DNA of 64,000 nucleotides from Lama glama (lineage: Eukaryota), in the NCBI GenBank assembly GCA_028534125.1, contig CM052817.1, forward strand, positions 16,928,001 to 16,992,000, given 5' to 3'. Each line of letters opens with the position of its first letter. Position 1 is the stretch's first letter. Both the position numbers and the translations under genes were made by a program. Below are positions 27,501 through 40,100 of this stretch, one piece after another. The notes beneath the pieces were generated by a model, which was not told the origin of the DNA, did no database searches, and saw only the letters and a list, made by a program, of their open reading frames with translations.

Positions 27501-29721
27501 GACCCAGGCTTTCATAGTGACATTTGTCCTACCAAATATTAATCCTACCAAAGAGAAGTTGGGGGGCTGATGGCTTTCATTACAAAATTTGTTTACAGAA
27601 CTCCTTTAAGCATAATTTTACCTATTCATTCATTTGTTTGTGAATTTATAAAACTTTTGTCAAGCACACAGCATGTTCTAGTCACTCTCCTAGGAACTGG
27701 AGGGAGTGAGAGAAAAGCAAAGAACATCACATCCTTCCCTACAAGGGCCTCACGGTTTCACAGCACCTTTGAATAGAGAAATAATTAAACCTCAGTGGGA
27801 GAGGCGCCATCGGAGGAAGTCAGAGCAAGGATCTGGGGAGAATACAGGACAGAGACATGATGATCTCTGCTTAAGAAAGTGAAGACAATGTTCCAAAGGA
27901 ATTGACATTAAACTGGGATTTAGAGGTCAAGTAGATGTTGACCAAGTGATGAAGAGGGTAGTGATATCCTGTCAGCAAGAATAAAGTCAGAGGCATGAAA
28001 TAACTGGTTCTAGAAATAGGAGAAGTTCAGGATGGCTGTAGCTGGGACGGGTGTAATACAGGGTTGATGTCAGAGGTTGGAGTCCAGACTGTGGGAGGAA
28101 TTACATAGTAAATTACAATTATTATATGGTAAATTTTTAGGTTTATTTTGGTTTTGGTGAGCGATGGGATGACATTAGAAACTAGTAACAATAATCAGAA
28201 CTGTGATTTAGAAAGAACCTTCCATTGGTTTCCTAAGTGAAGAAAGGCTGTATGATAGAACGGCTAAGAGGGTGGAGCCAGGCTGCCAGTGTTTCAACAC
28301 TAACCCTGCCATTGACATCCAGGTGATCTGGGACAAATCACTTCACCTGTATAGGCCTTAGTTTCTGCATGTGCAAAAAGAGGGTAATAAGAACCTCCGC
28401 CACAGTGGGTTGTTGTGAGGGCGTGTGTGCTAATAAACTCAAAGCATGTGGAACAGCATCTGGTTCTCAATAAACTGTAGCCTTCATTATTACCGCATTA
28501 AAGCAGCATTTGTTTCACAAGCATTTCAGATGCACATAAGTTTTTGGGAACAGATTCTGCTTAAAGCAAGATCCATACTACTATGAGATAAATTTGGGAA
28601 ATGACAGAAAACTGGGAATTAAATTTTACTTTAATATATCTGTATTCAAATCACAACATATACATGAGCATATTGAAGTGGAGCAGAATGCCAAGATCGG
28701 AGGGCTCATCTAGAGGATCTTTGTGTTTCCTCCAGGCAATAATAGATTACCCATGAAGCAAAAGTCCACTGCAGCCAGCTAAACAAAGCCGATACAGATT
28801 ATCATCTAAGTGGCTATTATCAGATTTGCTCAAAGGCTAGTGTTCTTTCTCTTTTCCATACTTACACGTGGTATTTCAGTTGAATCATAACCTTGAAAAT
28901 CAACCACATCTAATTAAAACTTTCACCTAAGTAGTTCTTGTTTCTATTTTTTCCCCATTGTGGTAAAAACCTTGTAATGTACTAAAATCATTTTAGTCAC
29001 TTTTTAGTAAAAGCACACACACGAAATTAAAACAGTACAGAAACATATACAGAAGTAGAAGCTCTAGAATTTTCATATAGAAGGGATTTAGAAGTAACCA
29101 TGTATTTGGAACAGTCTTCTCCCAGACTGTCAATTCTGAGTGTTTGCCTGTTGCAGTAGTTTCTTGCTGCTGTTGGCGTGCCTTGGATTTCTTGGCTTAT
29201 GGCCATATCACTCCAATCTGTGTCTCATCTTCACATCTGCCTCCATGTGTGTCTTCTATCTGTCTCAAACTTCCCTCTGCCTTTCTTTCATAATGATTCT
29301 TGTCATTGGATTTAGGGCCAATTAAGATAATCTGGGATGATATCATCCCTAAATCCTTAACTTAATTACATCAGCAAAACTTTTTTTTTCCAAATAAGGT
29401 AACATTCACAGGTTCTGGGGATTAGGCATGGACGTATTTTCGGTGGGGGGGGGGGGGACCACCATCCAACCCACTACAATAACCCTGTATGAAATAGCAC
29501 CCACCCATTCACACCACATCATTCTGTACTCCTCATCCCACATTACTCTTTTTCACGTTTGCCATTATTACACGTTCTAATATTCCACTGGCTACTTTTT
29601 ATTTTTTGTCTTCTCCATGAGAATGGAAACTTCATGAGAATAGAGTTGTAGTCTCTCCACTTTCCCCAGCACTACAATAACACTTGGCACCATTTGTTTG
29701 TTGAATGAATGGAGGAACTAG

Positions 29722-30215
29722 TGTGGACAAAGAATGCTGCCTGCCATATCAGTAAACAAAGACTACTGCAGCCATCAAGCCATCAGCCACTGCAGCCACC
29801 TCTGTAGGTATACCTTGAGGGGATTAAGGATGGAAAAAAACAGGATACTGGCCACAGTTAAGGTGAACATCAAAGGAATAATTTCATTAAATGGAGACTC
29901 TTGCATCTTCCCATAAATGGAAAGGCATTAAATTCACTCACTCGAGATGTCTGCTTTTTCTTTAATTAGCAGTAATATTTTGATGTTCGACTACTTTTTT
30001 GTTTTTGTTTTTGTTTTTGTTTTTGTTTTGGGGGGTGGGTTTTGTTTGTTTGACTGTTTTGCAAAAACTCACATATATCCTGGCTCCTCCCTTATCTCTT
30101 TTAACTGTCTCTCAGAGCTATCTGAGAGGCTATATCCCAGGCTTAAGTCCTCATTAATTCCCCAAATAAAACATAATTCTCAACTTTAGGTTATGCTTAT
30201 TTTTTTCAGTCAACA
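29722..30215 (+). mobile_element. Solo ERV1-type LTR, probably lineage-specific
   Basis: TGTGGAC...GTCAACA termini, TATA-like catatat, AATAAA near 30164, flanks ctag/ccag, internal (GTTTTT)n. Confidence 0.7.
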
Positions 30216-31319
30216 CCAGGAAACTTTCTTAAATCCAAGTTCGCTAAGTAAGGATGCTACTTAGGGGGGTGAAAATAAAGATCATTTGGGGTGCCCGGGA
30301 GGGACAGTTGTTAATGGAACCCGGCCAGTATCACCAAGTCACCCCGTGGTCCCACCACTGTATATAGGGAGAAAAGCAGATTTCATGCCCACCCCAATCT
30401 CCAATCTCCCATTCCCTCTTCAGAGTTGATCACTGTTACCACTTTTCTATGTATATTTCCAAAAACATTCAGTGTATGTACATGCATCTAAGATTAAGAT
30501 TAATCTTCAAGAGTTATATGGTTATGTGAGTTCATTTCTTAGAAGAATCAAACATTTGTTTAAAATGTCCCTTTAAAGCAAAAGTTCTTCTTGTTTCAGG
30601 AGGGCTATGGACTCACTGACTTTCCAATTAAAGCCAAACTCAACTCTATCTCACATAGTCCAGCCTCATAAATCCCCTAAACCTCTAATCTTATCTTGTG
30701 TCATTCTCCACTCCATGGGTTCTAGCCAGAGAGTGGAGAGGTGGTCAGGACCTTCAGCAAAAGGGCTGGAACTCTTGGTATGAGATTTGTATTGAAAGAC
30801 AATGCACAGTGAGGCCCTGGACCACCTTTTGGACTCAGTGTCTTGCTTCCCTGTCTCACCACCGACTCTCTTCCACTCTGCTTGTGGGAGCTCTCCAGTG
30901 CCTAATATGCACCAAGAACTCCTCAGGGCCTTTGCTCAAGCTTTCCCATCTGCCAGGATTGCTCTTCCCCCCATTCTTTCCATAAACAGCTCTTTCTCAT
31001 CCCTCAAGTATCCACCTAAATTTTGCCTGCCCTGTGAAGCCTTGCCTGAATGTCTATTTCCCAGCCAAAAGCAGCAGCTAGATTGCTGGGGGGAAAAAAA
31101 AGAGATCAGAAATTTCAGATTGGATTTTACTCCAACCAAGCCGCTTCCCTACCCCTTTATTCTCTTTCTTAACCCCCTTTTCTGATCTTGGCCCCTCTTA
31201 TATGCTCTTAGAGCAACCTGTACTTCCTCCACATGGCTCTTAGCATATATATTGCAACTGCCTATTTATCTGTGAATTCCATCTCATCATAATCTCTACT
31301 AAGGCAAAAACCTTGAGAT

Positions 31320-31560
31320 CTTTGTTGAGATCTGTGAGTCATTCTAGCAAATTATAGAATCCAAAGAGGTCACGCATACCCCACACCCCCCCGTCCAGTT
31401 ATAGCCAGTTGGTCATAAATGGGGCTGGCCTGGGGACCCCTTAAAATGCATCTGGCATCTGGAGTAAGGGCAGTCTCACAGAGGACTGATCCCTTAACTT
31501 GTGGCATCTGTGCTAACTCTGGGTGGTTAGTGGCAGAACTGAAATGTAGTACAGTTGTTG
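31320..31560 (+). mobile_element. MER21-like LTR fragment
   Basis: ctgtgagtcattctagcaaattat..ggcatctggagt..gggcagtct..gatctgtgctaactct-like motifs. Confidence 0.6.
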
Positions 31561-31959
31561 GCACTGGAAAGACTATCCTGAATCTTCCAATAGCTCCTTG
31601 TTCTGGGATGTAAAAAACTTGAGCCTACTAACAAAGAAATACAGGTGTTGGCAAATCCTCTATTAACAAAAGCCTCAGAAGATAGCAGCAGTGCTTCGTG
31701 TCTTTTCCTGTTAAATGAGCATTATTTCAAAGGTGATGGTGACATTGGACATGGCACGTTTAGGCCTGTGTTAGGATGTTCTGAATACATAGGTATCATA
31801 GAGTGAGGTTGTAAGAGTGATGACAAGTTTCATTTAAAGATCTTGCATCTTTTAAACCCTGACTACTTTCAAAGAATGGACTCCTAAGGAAGTATTCCAC
31901 AGGAACTAGTTAAGAAAGATCTGAGAAATACTGAAGGCAGCAGAGCCTTAGAATTTAAA

Positions 31960-32665
31960 ACTGATATCTTGACACTGGTATATATTTTAACGTGTTTATG
32001 TGAATTGAAAAAAAGTCTGCTTTTGCTGATTGATTTGATAATGAACGTTGGCTTTACCAATCAACTTTTAAGTTAGATGTTTTACATACATCGAATGAGC
32101 CAAATCTGCAGAGTAAAACTTTTAACTCTCAAAAATATGTTTAAAGCTCATGATAAGATAAAAGCATTTTAATAAATAATATTGTATTGCCAAAGGCCTA
32201 TAGAAATGTTAATATTTTTATTTTGTCAACACCGAGTTAAAAAATAAAGTGCCTTGAAATGAAAGAGTTACAGTACAATTATTAATAACTGATAAATCTT
32301 CCAAAGAGACTTTTTGGTATACTTCCCAGAAATTGAGAAAGTGAATAACTCTAACAAAAGAGGACCTAAATGAATTGCCTGATGATAGATCATAAAAAAT
32401 AATTTTTGATGATAGAGTACTACATGACTTTTAGCATATATCTTGAAAGATCAAAGATTTGAGTGGCATTGCTATTACAAAGCATTCACCATAATCATCT
32501 ATTTATTTGAAAATATTTTTTCAGTGTTTATGTATATAAAAACTAAAACTACAAACAGAACTGATGCTGAATCCTGACTTACCTAGCAATAATTAATATT
32601 CCTCTACTAACATGTGAACTATAGACAAAAAATAGCGCCATTCATCTCACTAAACGATACATTTC
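31960..32665 (+). mobile_element. hAT-Charlie transposase remnant
   Basis: Degenerate C-terminal region tctatttatttga..ttttcag..aaaactaaaactacaaacagaactgatgctgaa..catctcactaa, like the Charlie/Buster STYLCE..FS..KTK.RNRL motif. Confidence 0.55.
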
Positions 32666-32679
32666 CATAAAAATATGTC

Positions 32680-35600
32680 ATAGGAGGTTATATCAGACTA
32701 ATCCTTTTATAGATAAAAGTTATAAACGGGATAAAATATAAAAGCAATTATTTGAAGATGATGGAATATAACCAAAGGCTGGCAGGCAGAATTTGAAGGG
32801 ATGCACACTCTGCAAAGAACTGAAATGCACCCAGTATGATTTATGCTCATACATCTTTTTATCTAGGGGCACTACTCAGTCTGCACTGTGAAAGTCAGCT
32901 GGAATTCAGAAAGCCACAATCTTAATGGATAGGAATTAAAGGATGGAGCCTGGGGTTCTCAGAGCAGCTGGAAGTTGAGGATGGAAATCCTGGAAAGAAA
33001 GGAGTAATAGAAGCAAAGCACTCCAAAATCTACACATACGCTCTACCTAAATCCTTGGTTCACACCTGAACTCTATGTGCATGGGGTACAAATTAACTAC
33101 TTACTCAACATTCATCAGAGGAAGATAACAATACAATAAAAATTAACATATATATAAAGGAATAGGAAAGTATGACTTATAGTCCAGAGAAAAATACGTC
33201 AATAGAAAGTGACTCCAAGATGATTCAGATGTAAAAATTAGCAAAGACTTAAAAATTTTTTTTAAATTCTTTTTAATGCAGCCAAATATATCCATATTTT
33301 CCTTTGTGGTTTGTGCTTGTTGCACAGCTTTTAAAAAAAAAATCCTTGCTTGCCTCATATCTCCTGTTTTCTTTTATTTTTCTTATTTATTTAAAAAAAT
33401 TTTTTTCTAATGGGAATTGAACCTTGTGCATTCTAAGCACACACTCTACCACTGAGTTATATCCTTCCCTTTAGCAAAGACTTTTAAAGAGTTATTATTT
33501 TACATATATTCAAGGTCTTTGAAAAATATATGGTCGCAATTAATTAACAGATGGAAAATCTCAGCGGAGATATAGAAACTCTAAAAAAAGAAACAAATGG
33601 AAATTCTAGAACAAAAAGTAGAATATTTGAAATAAAAAATTCATGGGGTGGGGCTTAACAGCTAATTTGAAATGGCTGAAGGGTTGGTAAACTTAAAAAC
33701 AGATTAAGAGAAATTATTTGATCTGAAAAACAGAGACAAAAACTATTGAGAAAAATGATCAGAGCCCTTCTGACTTTTAGGATAATAGTAAAGAGTCTTA
33801 ACGTACATGCAATAGGAATCATAGAAAGAAAGGGAAGAGAGGATGGGGCAGAAAATTTTTTGAAAAAATAATGGCTGAGATTTCCCCAAATTTGATGGAA
33901 TATATGAACTCACAGATTAAGGAACCGAGCAAAACCCAAGCAGGATACATAAGAAGAAATTCACCTGATGATCATCATGGTCAAATTATTTTAAAAAATG
34001 AAGATAATGAAAAAACTCTTAAAGGCAGCTAGAGAAAAATGACATAATACAAATTGGGTGGGTCAGCAGAGGGACATGATTCAGAAACAATGAAGTCTAG
34101 AGGACAATGGAATCATATTTTTAGAGCCGAATTTGGAGGTGGGGGCAGGGGGCAACATCAATCCAGATTCTGTATCCAGAGAAAATATTCTTTGAAAATG
34201 ATGGTGAAATAAAGATAATTTCTGATAAATGAAAACAGAACTTATCACCAGCAGATATGCATTACAAGGAATGATTTAAAAAAATTCTTTAAAGGGAAGG
34301 GAAATGATAGTTGATGAAAACTCGGATCTATGGGAAAGAATAAAGGGCACTGGAAATGGTAAATATGTGGATAAATAGAAAAGAATATACATTTAAAAAA
34401 TTCCTTTAAAAGACGTGATTGTTCAAGGCAAACATTATTCACTGTATTTAAATATATATAAGTCTAATATATATATAACAACAAGAACATAAAGGATGAA
34501 GGATAAACAGAAATACACTTTTGCAATGTTCACTTTACATCAGTTACTACAATATGAGGTCTATGTACATTGAGACAATTTAAGGATGCATACAGTAAGT
34601 GCTAGGGTAAGCACTAAAAATTAATGTAAAGAAGTTTCACAGAAAGTCAATAGAGGAATTAAGATGAAATATAAGGAAATATTGATTAATTCAAAAAGAA
34701 AGCAAGAAAAGAGGAACAGAAGAACAAAAAAGGGATGAAACAAATAGAATACAAATTGCAAACAATAGTAGACCTAAATCCAACTACATTAATCTTTAAT
34801 GTATAGACTAAAAACTCCAAGAGGCAGAAATTATCAGACTGGATTTTTCTTTTTTTAAATCAAGAACCAACTACAAGTGTTCTATAAGAGATACAGACAT
34901 ATTAAAGGCACAAATAGAATAAAAAGAAAAGGAAAAAAGATTTATCAGGCAAACAGTAAACATTAAAAAAGGTGGGGTGGTTATATTAATATCAGACAAT
35001 GTAGAATTCAAGCCAAGAGTATTAAGAGAGATAAGGAGTGAACGTTTATAAAAGAAAGAAAGAAAAGGAGAAAGAAAGGGTTAAATTATCAGGAAGACTT
35101 GAAAGCCTAACAGAAGACATAAAAGTCCTACATATATGCACCTAGTAACACAACTTCAAAATGCATAAAGGCAAAACTCACTAAACTAAAAGAAGAAATA
35201 GACAAATCCACAATCACTGTAAGTGTAATATTCTCTCTCAGTGAGTAATAGAACTAAATTTAAAAATCCGTAAGGATATAGTTAGAATAACACTATCAAT
35301 ACTTAACTGATTTTTATAGAAATAATTGACAGTTATATAACCACTCATTTGCAGAATGCACATTCTTTTAAAAATGCACATGGGATGTTCACTAAGGCAG
35401 ATAATATGCTGGATTATGAAATAAGTCTCAATAAATTCCAAAAGGTTGAAATCATAGTGTCTCTTTTCTAGACACAACAGAATTAAATTAAAAGTCAGTA
35501 ATAATATCTAGTGATTATTTTGCAGTACACATAAATATTAAATCACTATGTTGTGTTGTACTGTGTTTTACACCTGAAACTAATATAATGTTTTATGTCA

Positions 35601-36060
35601 ACTATACTGCAATAAAAAAATAATATATAGAAAAACCCCTGAATTTTTGGAAATTAAAAAACACACTTCAAATAAGTGAGTTAAATAAAAAATCATAAGG
35701 GAAATTTAAAAGTATTTTGAACTGAATGAAAATGAAAGCACAACATATCAGAAATTGTGGAATGCAGATAAAGCAGGGCTTAGAGGGAAATGCATAGCTT
35801 TAAATGCTTATAATTTAAAAAAAAATAGAAAAGACCAGAATCAATAATGTAATCTTCTGCTCTAAGTAACTAGAAAAGAAGACGAAATCAAATCACAAAT
35901 AAGTAGGAAGAAGGAAATAATAAAGAGCAAAAGTCAATGAAGTAGAGAACAGATAATCAATGGAATCATAAGATGGCTTTTTGAAAATATTAAAAATTTG
36001 TGTAAACTTCTAGCTAGATTAGTCAGAAGAGAAGGAAAATGCAAACTCCCAGTATGAGGA
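32680..36060 (+). mobile_element. Old L1 (5'UTR-ORF1-endonuclease part), disrupted, with nested insertions
   Basis: ORF1-like atggaaattctagaac, gaaaaaataatggctgagatttccccaaatttgatg; ORF2-like atattaatatcagacaa, aagcagggcttagagggaaat; nested L1 3' end 35512-35618 (TSD aataatatctag/aataatatatag). Confidence 0.8.
33251..33470 (-). mobile_element. Vic-1-like SINE with an extra L1-like 3' segment, inside one TSD
   Basis: TSD ttagcaaagactt at 33238-33250 and 33471-33483; SINE head at about 33410-33470. Confidence 0.75.
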
Positions 36061-36249
36061 ATGTCTTAAAAATGACAAGGTCCTGGCCCTCATGAACTTC
36101 TGACAGGGAAACGAATGTTAAACAGTCATACAAGAAAATATATAGGCATAGGTTGTGGTAAACTAGGAGACAGTTCTGCAGGGAGGGAGGGGCCGACCTG
36201 GGTTGGAGAGGGGCACCTCTGCAGAGGTAAGTTAACTTCTCCCACCCTA

Positions 36250-37140
36250 ACGCTCCGCGAGGAGTAACAGCACCCCCGCGTCTTCCAGGTCCCTGGAAGG
36301 CAGGTGCGCCCCCGCCCTGCGCGCCGCGTCCCACGCTCCCACCCCGCCCCCGCCTCCGCCGCCCCGGCCCTTCCGCGCAGGCGCGGGATTGGCGCGAGGT
36401 GGGGCGCGGCTGGCGGCGGGGCCGGGTAACCGCCCCGCGGGCGCCAAGCGGGACAACGCGCAAGTGAGGTGCCTTCGCTCGGACCCAGCGGCTCCGGTCC
36501 TCCGCGATGCCGAGGCCAGACCCGAGCGCCTGGCCTCTCTGAGCGGGTCTCGGCGCGGAGGGCACCGAGGGAGGCCATGGCGGAGCCCTTGGAGCCCGGG
36601 AGGCAGGCATCCGCGGGCGGCGGGAGCCTGGAGGAGGAGGACGACGAGGAGCGGGAGCCGCTGCTGCCGCGGATCGCCTGGGCCGAGCCGCGGAAGAGCG
36701 CCCCGGGGAGTGCCGTGAGGCAGGTGAAGGCTGCCGGGGACGAGGGCGCGGCCTCCCGTGGCCAGGCCAGCGACGAGGAACTGCTGCTCCGGCCTGGGGA
36801 TGCGTCTCCCTCCCCTTCCCTGGGTTTGGGGCGCCTCCGGAGCTCGCCCACCGACCTGGATCGGAACCGCCCCGTGGGTTCAGGTGCGACCCGACTCATT
36901 CCTTATTCCGCGCCCTTCCAGAGCGCCTGTCGCCGCCGCCGCTCAGCCCCCCCATTCACGCACCTCCTCGCGTCCCTGCCCCCTGCTCCATTCTCCGTCT
37001 CCGCTAGCCCTTGCCTGCTGGCAAAGGCTGTCCACCAGGTATCCCGGCCGGCGCACAGGCCAGGCGCTAGCCCCTGCTCACACCTTGGACGCCTTGCCTT
37101 TCTCTTCTGCTCCCGGGTTTACTCGCATCTTTTCCGGGGG
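36250..37140 (+). promoter_or_regulatory. PI4K2B: CpG island and TATA-less promoter of PI4K2B
   Basis: Abrupt GC/CpG-rich block in AT-rich DNA; GC boxes (CCCCGCCCC 36342-36350), NRF1-like GCGCAGGCGC 36375-36384, inverted CCAAT (ATTGG 36388-36392). Confidence 0.88.
36577..36883 (+). CDS. PI4K2B: PI4K2B coding exon 1 (N-terminal disordered region, EREPLL dileucine motif)
   Basis: GCCATGG Kozak start; translates MAEPLEPGRQASAGGGSLEEEDDEEREPLLPRIAWAEPR..., recognisable as the PI4K2B N-terminus; donor CAG|GTGCGA, phase 1. Confidence 0.92.
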
Positions 37141-40100
37141 CTACATGCCTCTTCACTCAAGGCCCAGGGTTGTCATTAAACTCTGATCCTTGAGGCCTCC
37201 CCTAAAAGCGAGCCTAAACTTTTGGGATCAGACAGGAAACTTAACACTAAAATAACATAAGTTGTTTGCTCAAGTTTTGACTTGAGTTTTGGATTAAGAA
37301 CCCTGAACTATCAAGAAAGTTCCCCGAGAGTTTGCAAGGTGGATGCCAGCTGAGAGAGGGAAAGCAAGAATATCCGGTTGCCACTGGGACACGTTTCAAA
37401 AACTTTTGAAATAAAATGTTGTAGTGACGTTAGCCAGAGCGGGCAGAGGCAGTTAAATTTACGTACCTGCCGTCTTTCTTGCAAAGTTTTCTTTCTTGAG
37501 TCATTTATACTTTTGTACTTTACAGAGGAAAAACTTTTTCACTATTGAGCAGACTGACAACATCAGGTGAAAAAGAGGATATTTGAAATGATGTTGAGAG
37601 TAAAATTTAGGCATTTGACTACAGACATGGATATTTGTTGATAAATCCAGTTTATTTGGCATAGTGGAGTCCAATTAGGCTAATTTGATAGTAAAATAGA
37701 ATAGCGTTGTAAGAGTCCGAGGTAGAGATGAAACAGGCTAGATGTAAAATGGTCGTAACAACTTCTTGCTGGTAGTAAGGGTGGTTTAAATGAGGTGATG
37801 AGTGCACTGTGCCTGGAACATCAGTCCATGCATAACAGCTTCAAGACAAGGCACAGAAAATGTAGTTTCCATTAATGCTGCTTAGTTTTTCTGGAGTCCT
37901 TAGATTTTACATGTTCTGCTACTAGTATGCTAATAGGCCTTCCACAATTTAAAGAACTTTGGGTAGAATAAGTTATTCTAGTTGTAGTTGGACTTACAGT
38001 CAAACATTCTAGAGTGAATAAAACAGAGAGGCCCACGGGAAGTGGACTTTAATGAATAAAGCTTTAGCAAATTGGTCTGACATACAGGTTGGCTAGCTAC
38101 CATTATAATGTTAGCTTTTGGATGCATAGACAGTACTACATTTAACATGAAGATGGAACCAGATCACAAACAGATCCACAGTCACCTAGCTACATCAATA
38201 ATCTGGGTTTATATTACCTAGAATACTGGTTTGTGAAGTAACTAAGATCCTAGCTTGCCCTTTGCTACTCCAAATTTACCTATGTAGCTAGATTTTAAAA
38301 GAGCCTAAAACCTTGAAATTGCATTTATTCTATGAAATTTGGGTTTTGTAGACAAATGATATTAAGGCTAGAAAAGGTAAAAGGGGGGGTAGAATATAAT
38401 ATTCAGAATACAAAATGGATTTTATTAGAATTCCAGTCTTTTAAAATTGTGGTAACTTATTTATATCAGACTTTACAATTTGCTAAGATCTTTTTTCATA
38501 TATTTCATTAATTCTCACAACAGCACAGAAAGTTAGCTGTTATTCACCCTTATGCTGGGTATGAGGATTAAAACTGACTTAAAACTGTAATGAGTAGTAG
38601 CTGATAAACTTCAGAGGTAAACCGAAGTCAAGATCCAGGAAGTGGTAAAGCTGGGACTGAGCTTTGTTCTTTCACGTCCTGCATTTTTTCCATTTTGCTG
38701 TAGATCCGCAAGTTTTTCAAAATTAACTTCTGTTTACTTATTATGGAGGCTTTATTTTTAATGGATTTAAAAATAGTTTTGAATTGTAAAACTATTTTTA
38801 AAATTTCAAACCGTTCTCCTAAAAAGTTCATGATTTTTTTAACCTGATGATTAAGTTTAGTTATTTTTTAATGAGTCCATTAACTTCCTTTGTCCTTTAC
38901 CACCAATTTCCATGAAGCCAACTTCTCCAGTTCCAAGAAATTCTTACTTTCGATTAATACTAACATCATTTACGATGCTTAACTATTTTGTTTATGTGAA
39001 CAGGAGCTATATGTACTTTAGCCAGTGGAAGAATGTCATGTCTATTATCTTTACTTGAACAAAGCATGTGACAAAGTCTAGAACCAGCATAAACCATAGT
39101 GTTGTTGGATCAGTGTCAAAGTAGAAGGATTAGTGGCATTTCTAGATCTAGCTGTCATTTTAATCAGTGAGTTGGAGAGTAGTGATAATAGTTAATACCC
39201 ACAAAACAGTACCTGCAGGGCATAGTTCTGTGCATTTCACATGTATTAATTTATAACCAACTCCATGAAGTGAGCACTGTTTTTTATTCTCACTTTAACG
39301 AAGTGCAGAGAGGTGAAGTGACTTATTCAAGGTCCCAGTTAATACAAACCAGAAGCACTTACCAATTTTGTTGGAGAGCCTGACAATTAGAGAATGGCAT
39401 TAGAATTCACAAAGAGCTACCAAAGTAAAAGAAAGTGTGTATTTATTGATTCATGGTGGCTTGAAAATGTACAAACAAAATAAAATCATTTAAAAGTAAG
39501 GAAGAAAGATGAGAGTGGGAAGTTAGGGTAATGGAATAAATGAGATGGAGGCCAGAATAAGAGTGCACAAAATGTTCATCACACACTTGGTATAGGCAGC
39601 CCACAAATTTGACTTTTAAGATTACTGAGCAGCCAACTTGAGAGAAACACAGTCACTGTGTTCCTAAAGTTAAAACAGACTGATTATTTGAACAAAAACA
39701 AAACTGAGATTAACCTGTTGGGTATCCTTTTGGAGAAGAGGCTATGCTAGGTAATATATTTGTAATACAAGTGATGAATTTCATAGGAGTTTTTCTTAAA
39801 ACTTCCCTGAAGTTCATTTCAGTAGAAGTAATTCTAGTGGGTGGCGCTGTCAGTATTGCTGGGTCTAGATTCAATATGCTGATAACCTGGCTAAATTTAG
39901 AGGGAGGTACTAGACAAGTAGATACCCCATAGATCTTGACAATTTTCCATAGCTGAGCTTTTGAGAGGTAGTGAGCAGCAGCGTGATGGAGATTATTCCT
40001 CAAGCAGTAATTAGGACACACGTATTCTTTGTTTTCCATCTGCTGCAGAGACCCATCATTCAGCAAATGTTTCAGTGCCTACTTGGTGCTAGTGGAAATC

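Noticed and set aside
36023..37186. Several overlapping 100-257 aa ORFs on both strands
   Set aside because: Expected from stop-codon scarcity in a CpG island; only the frame from ATG 36577 matches a known protein and splices onward
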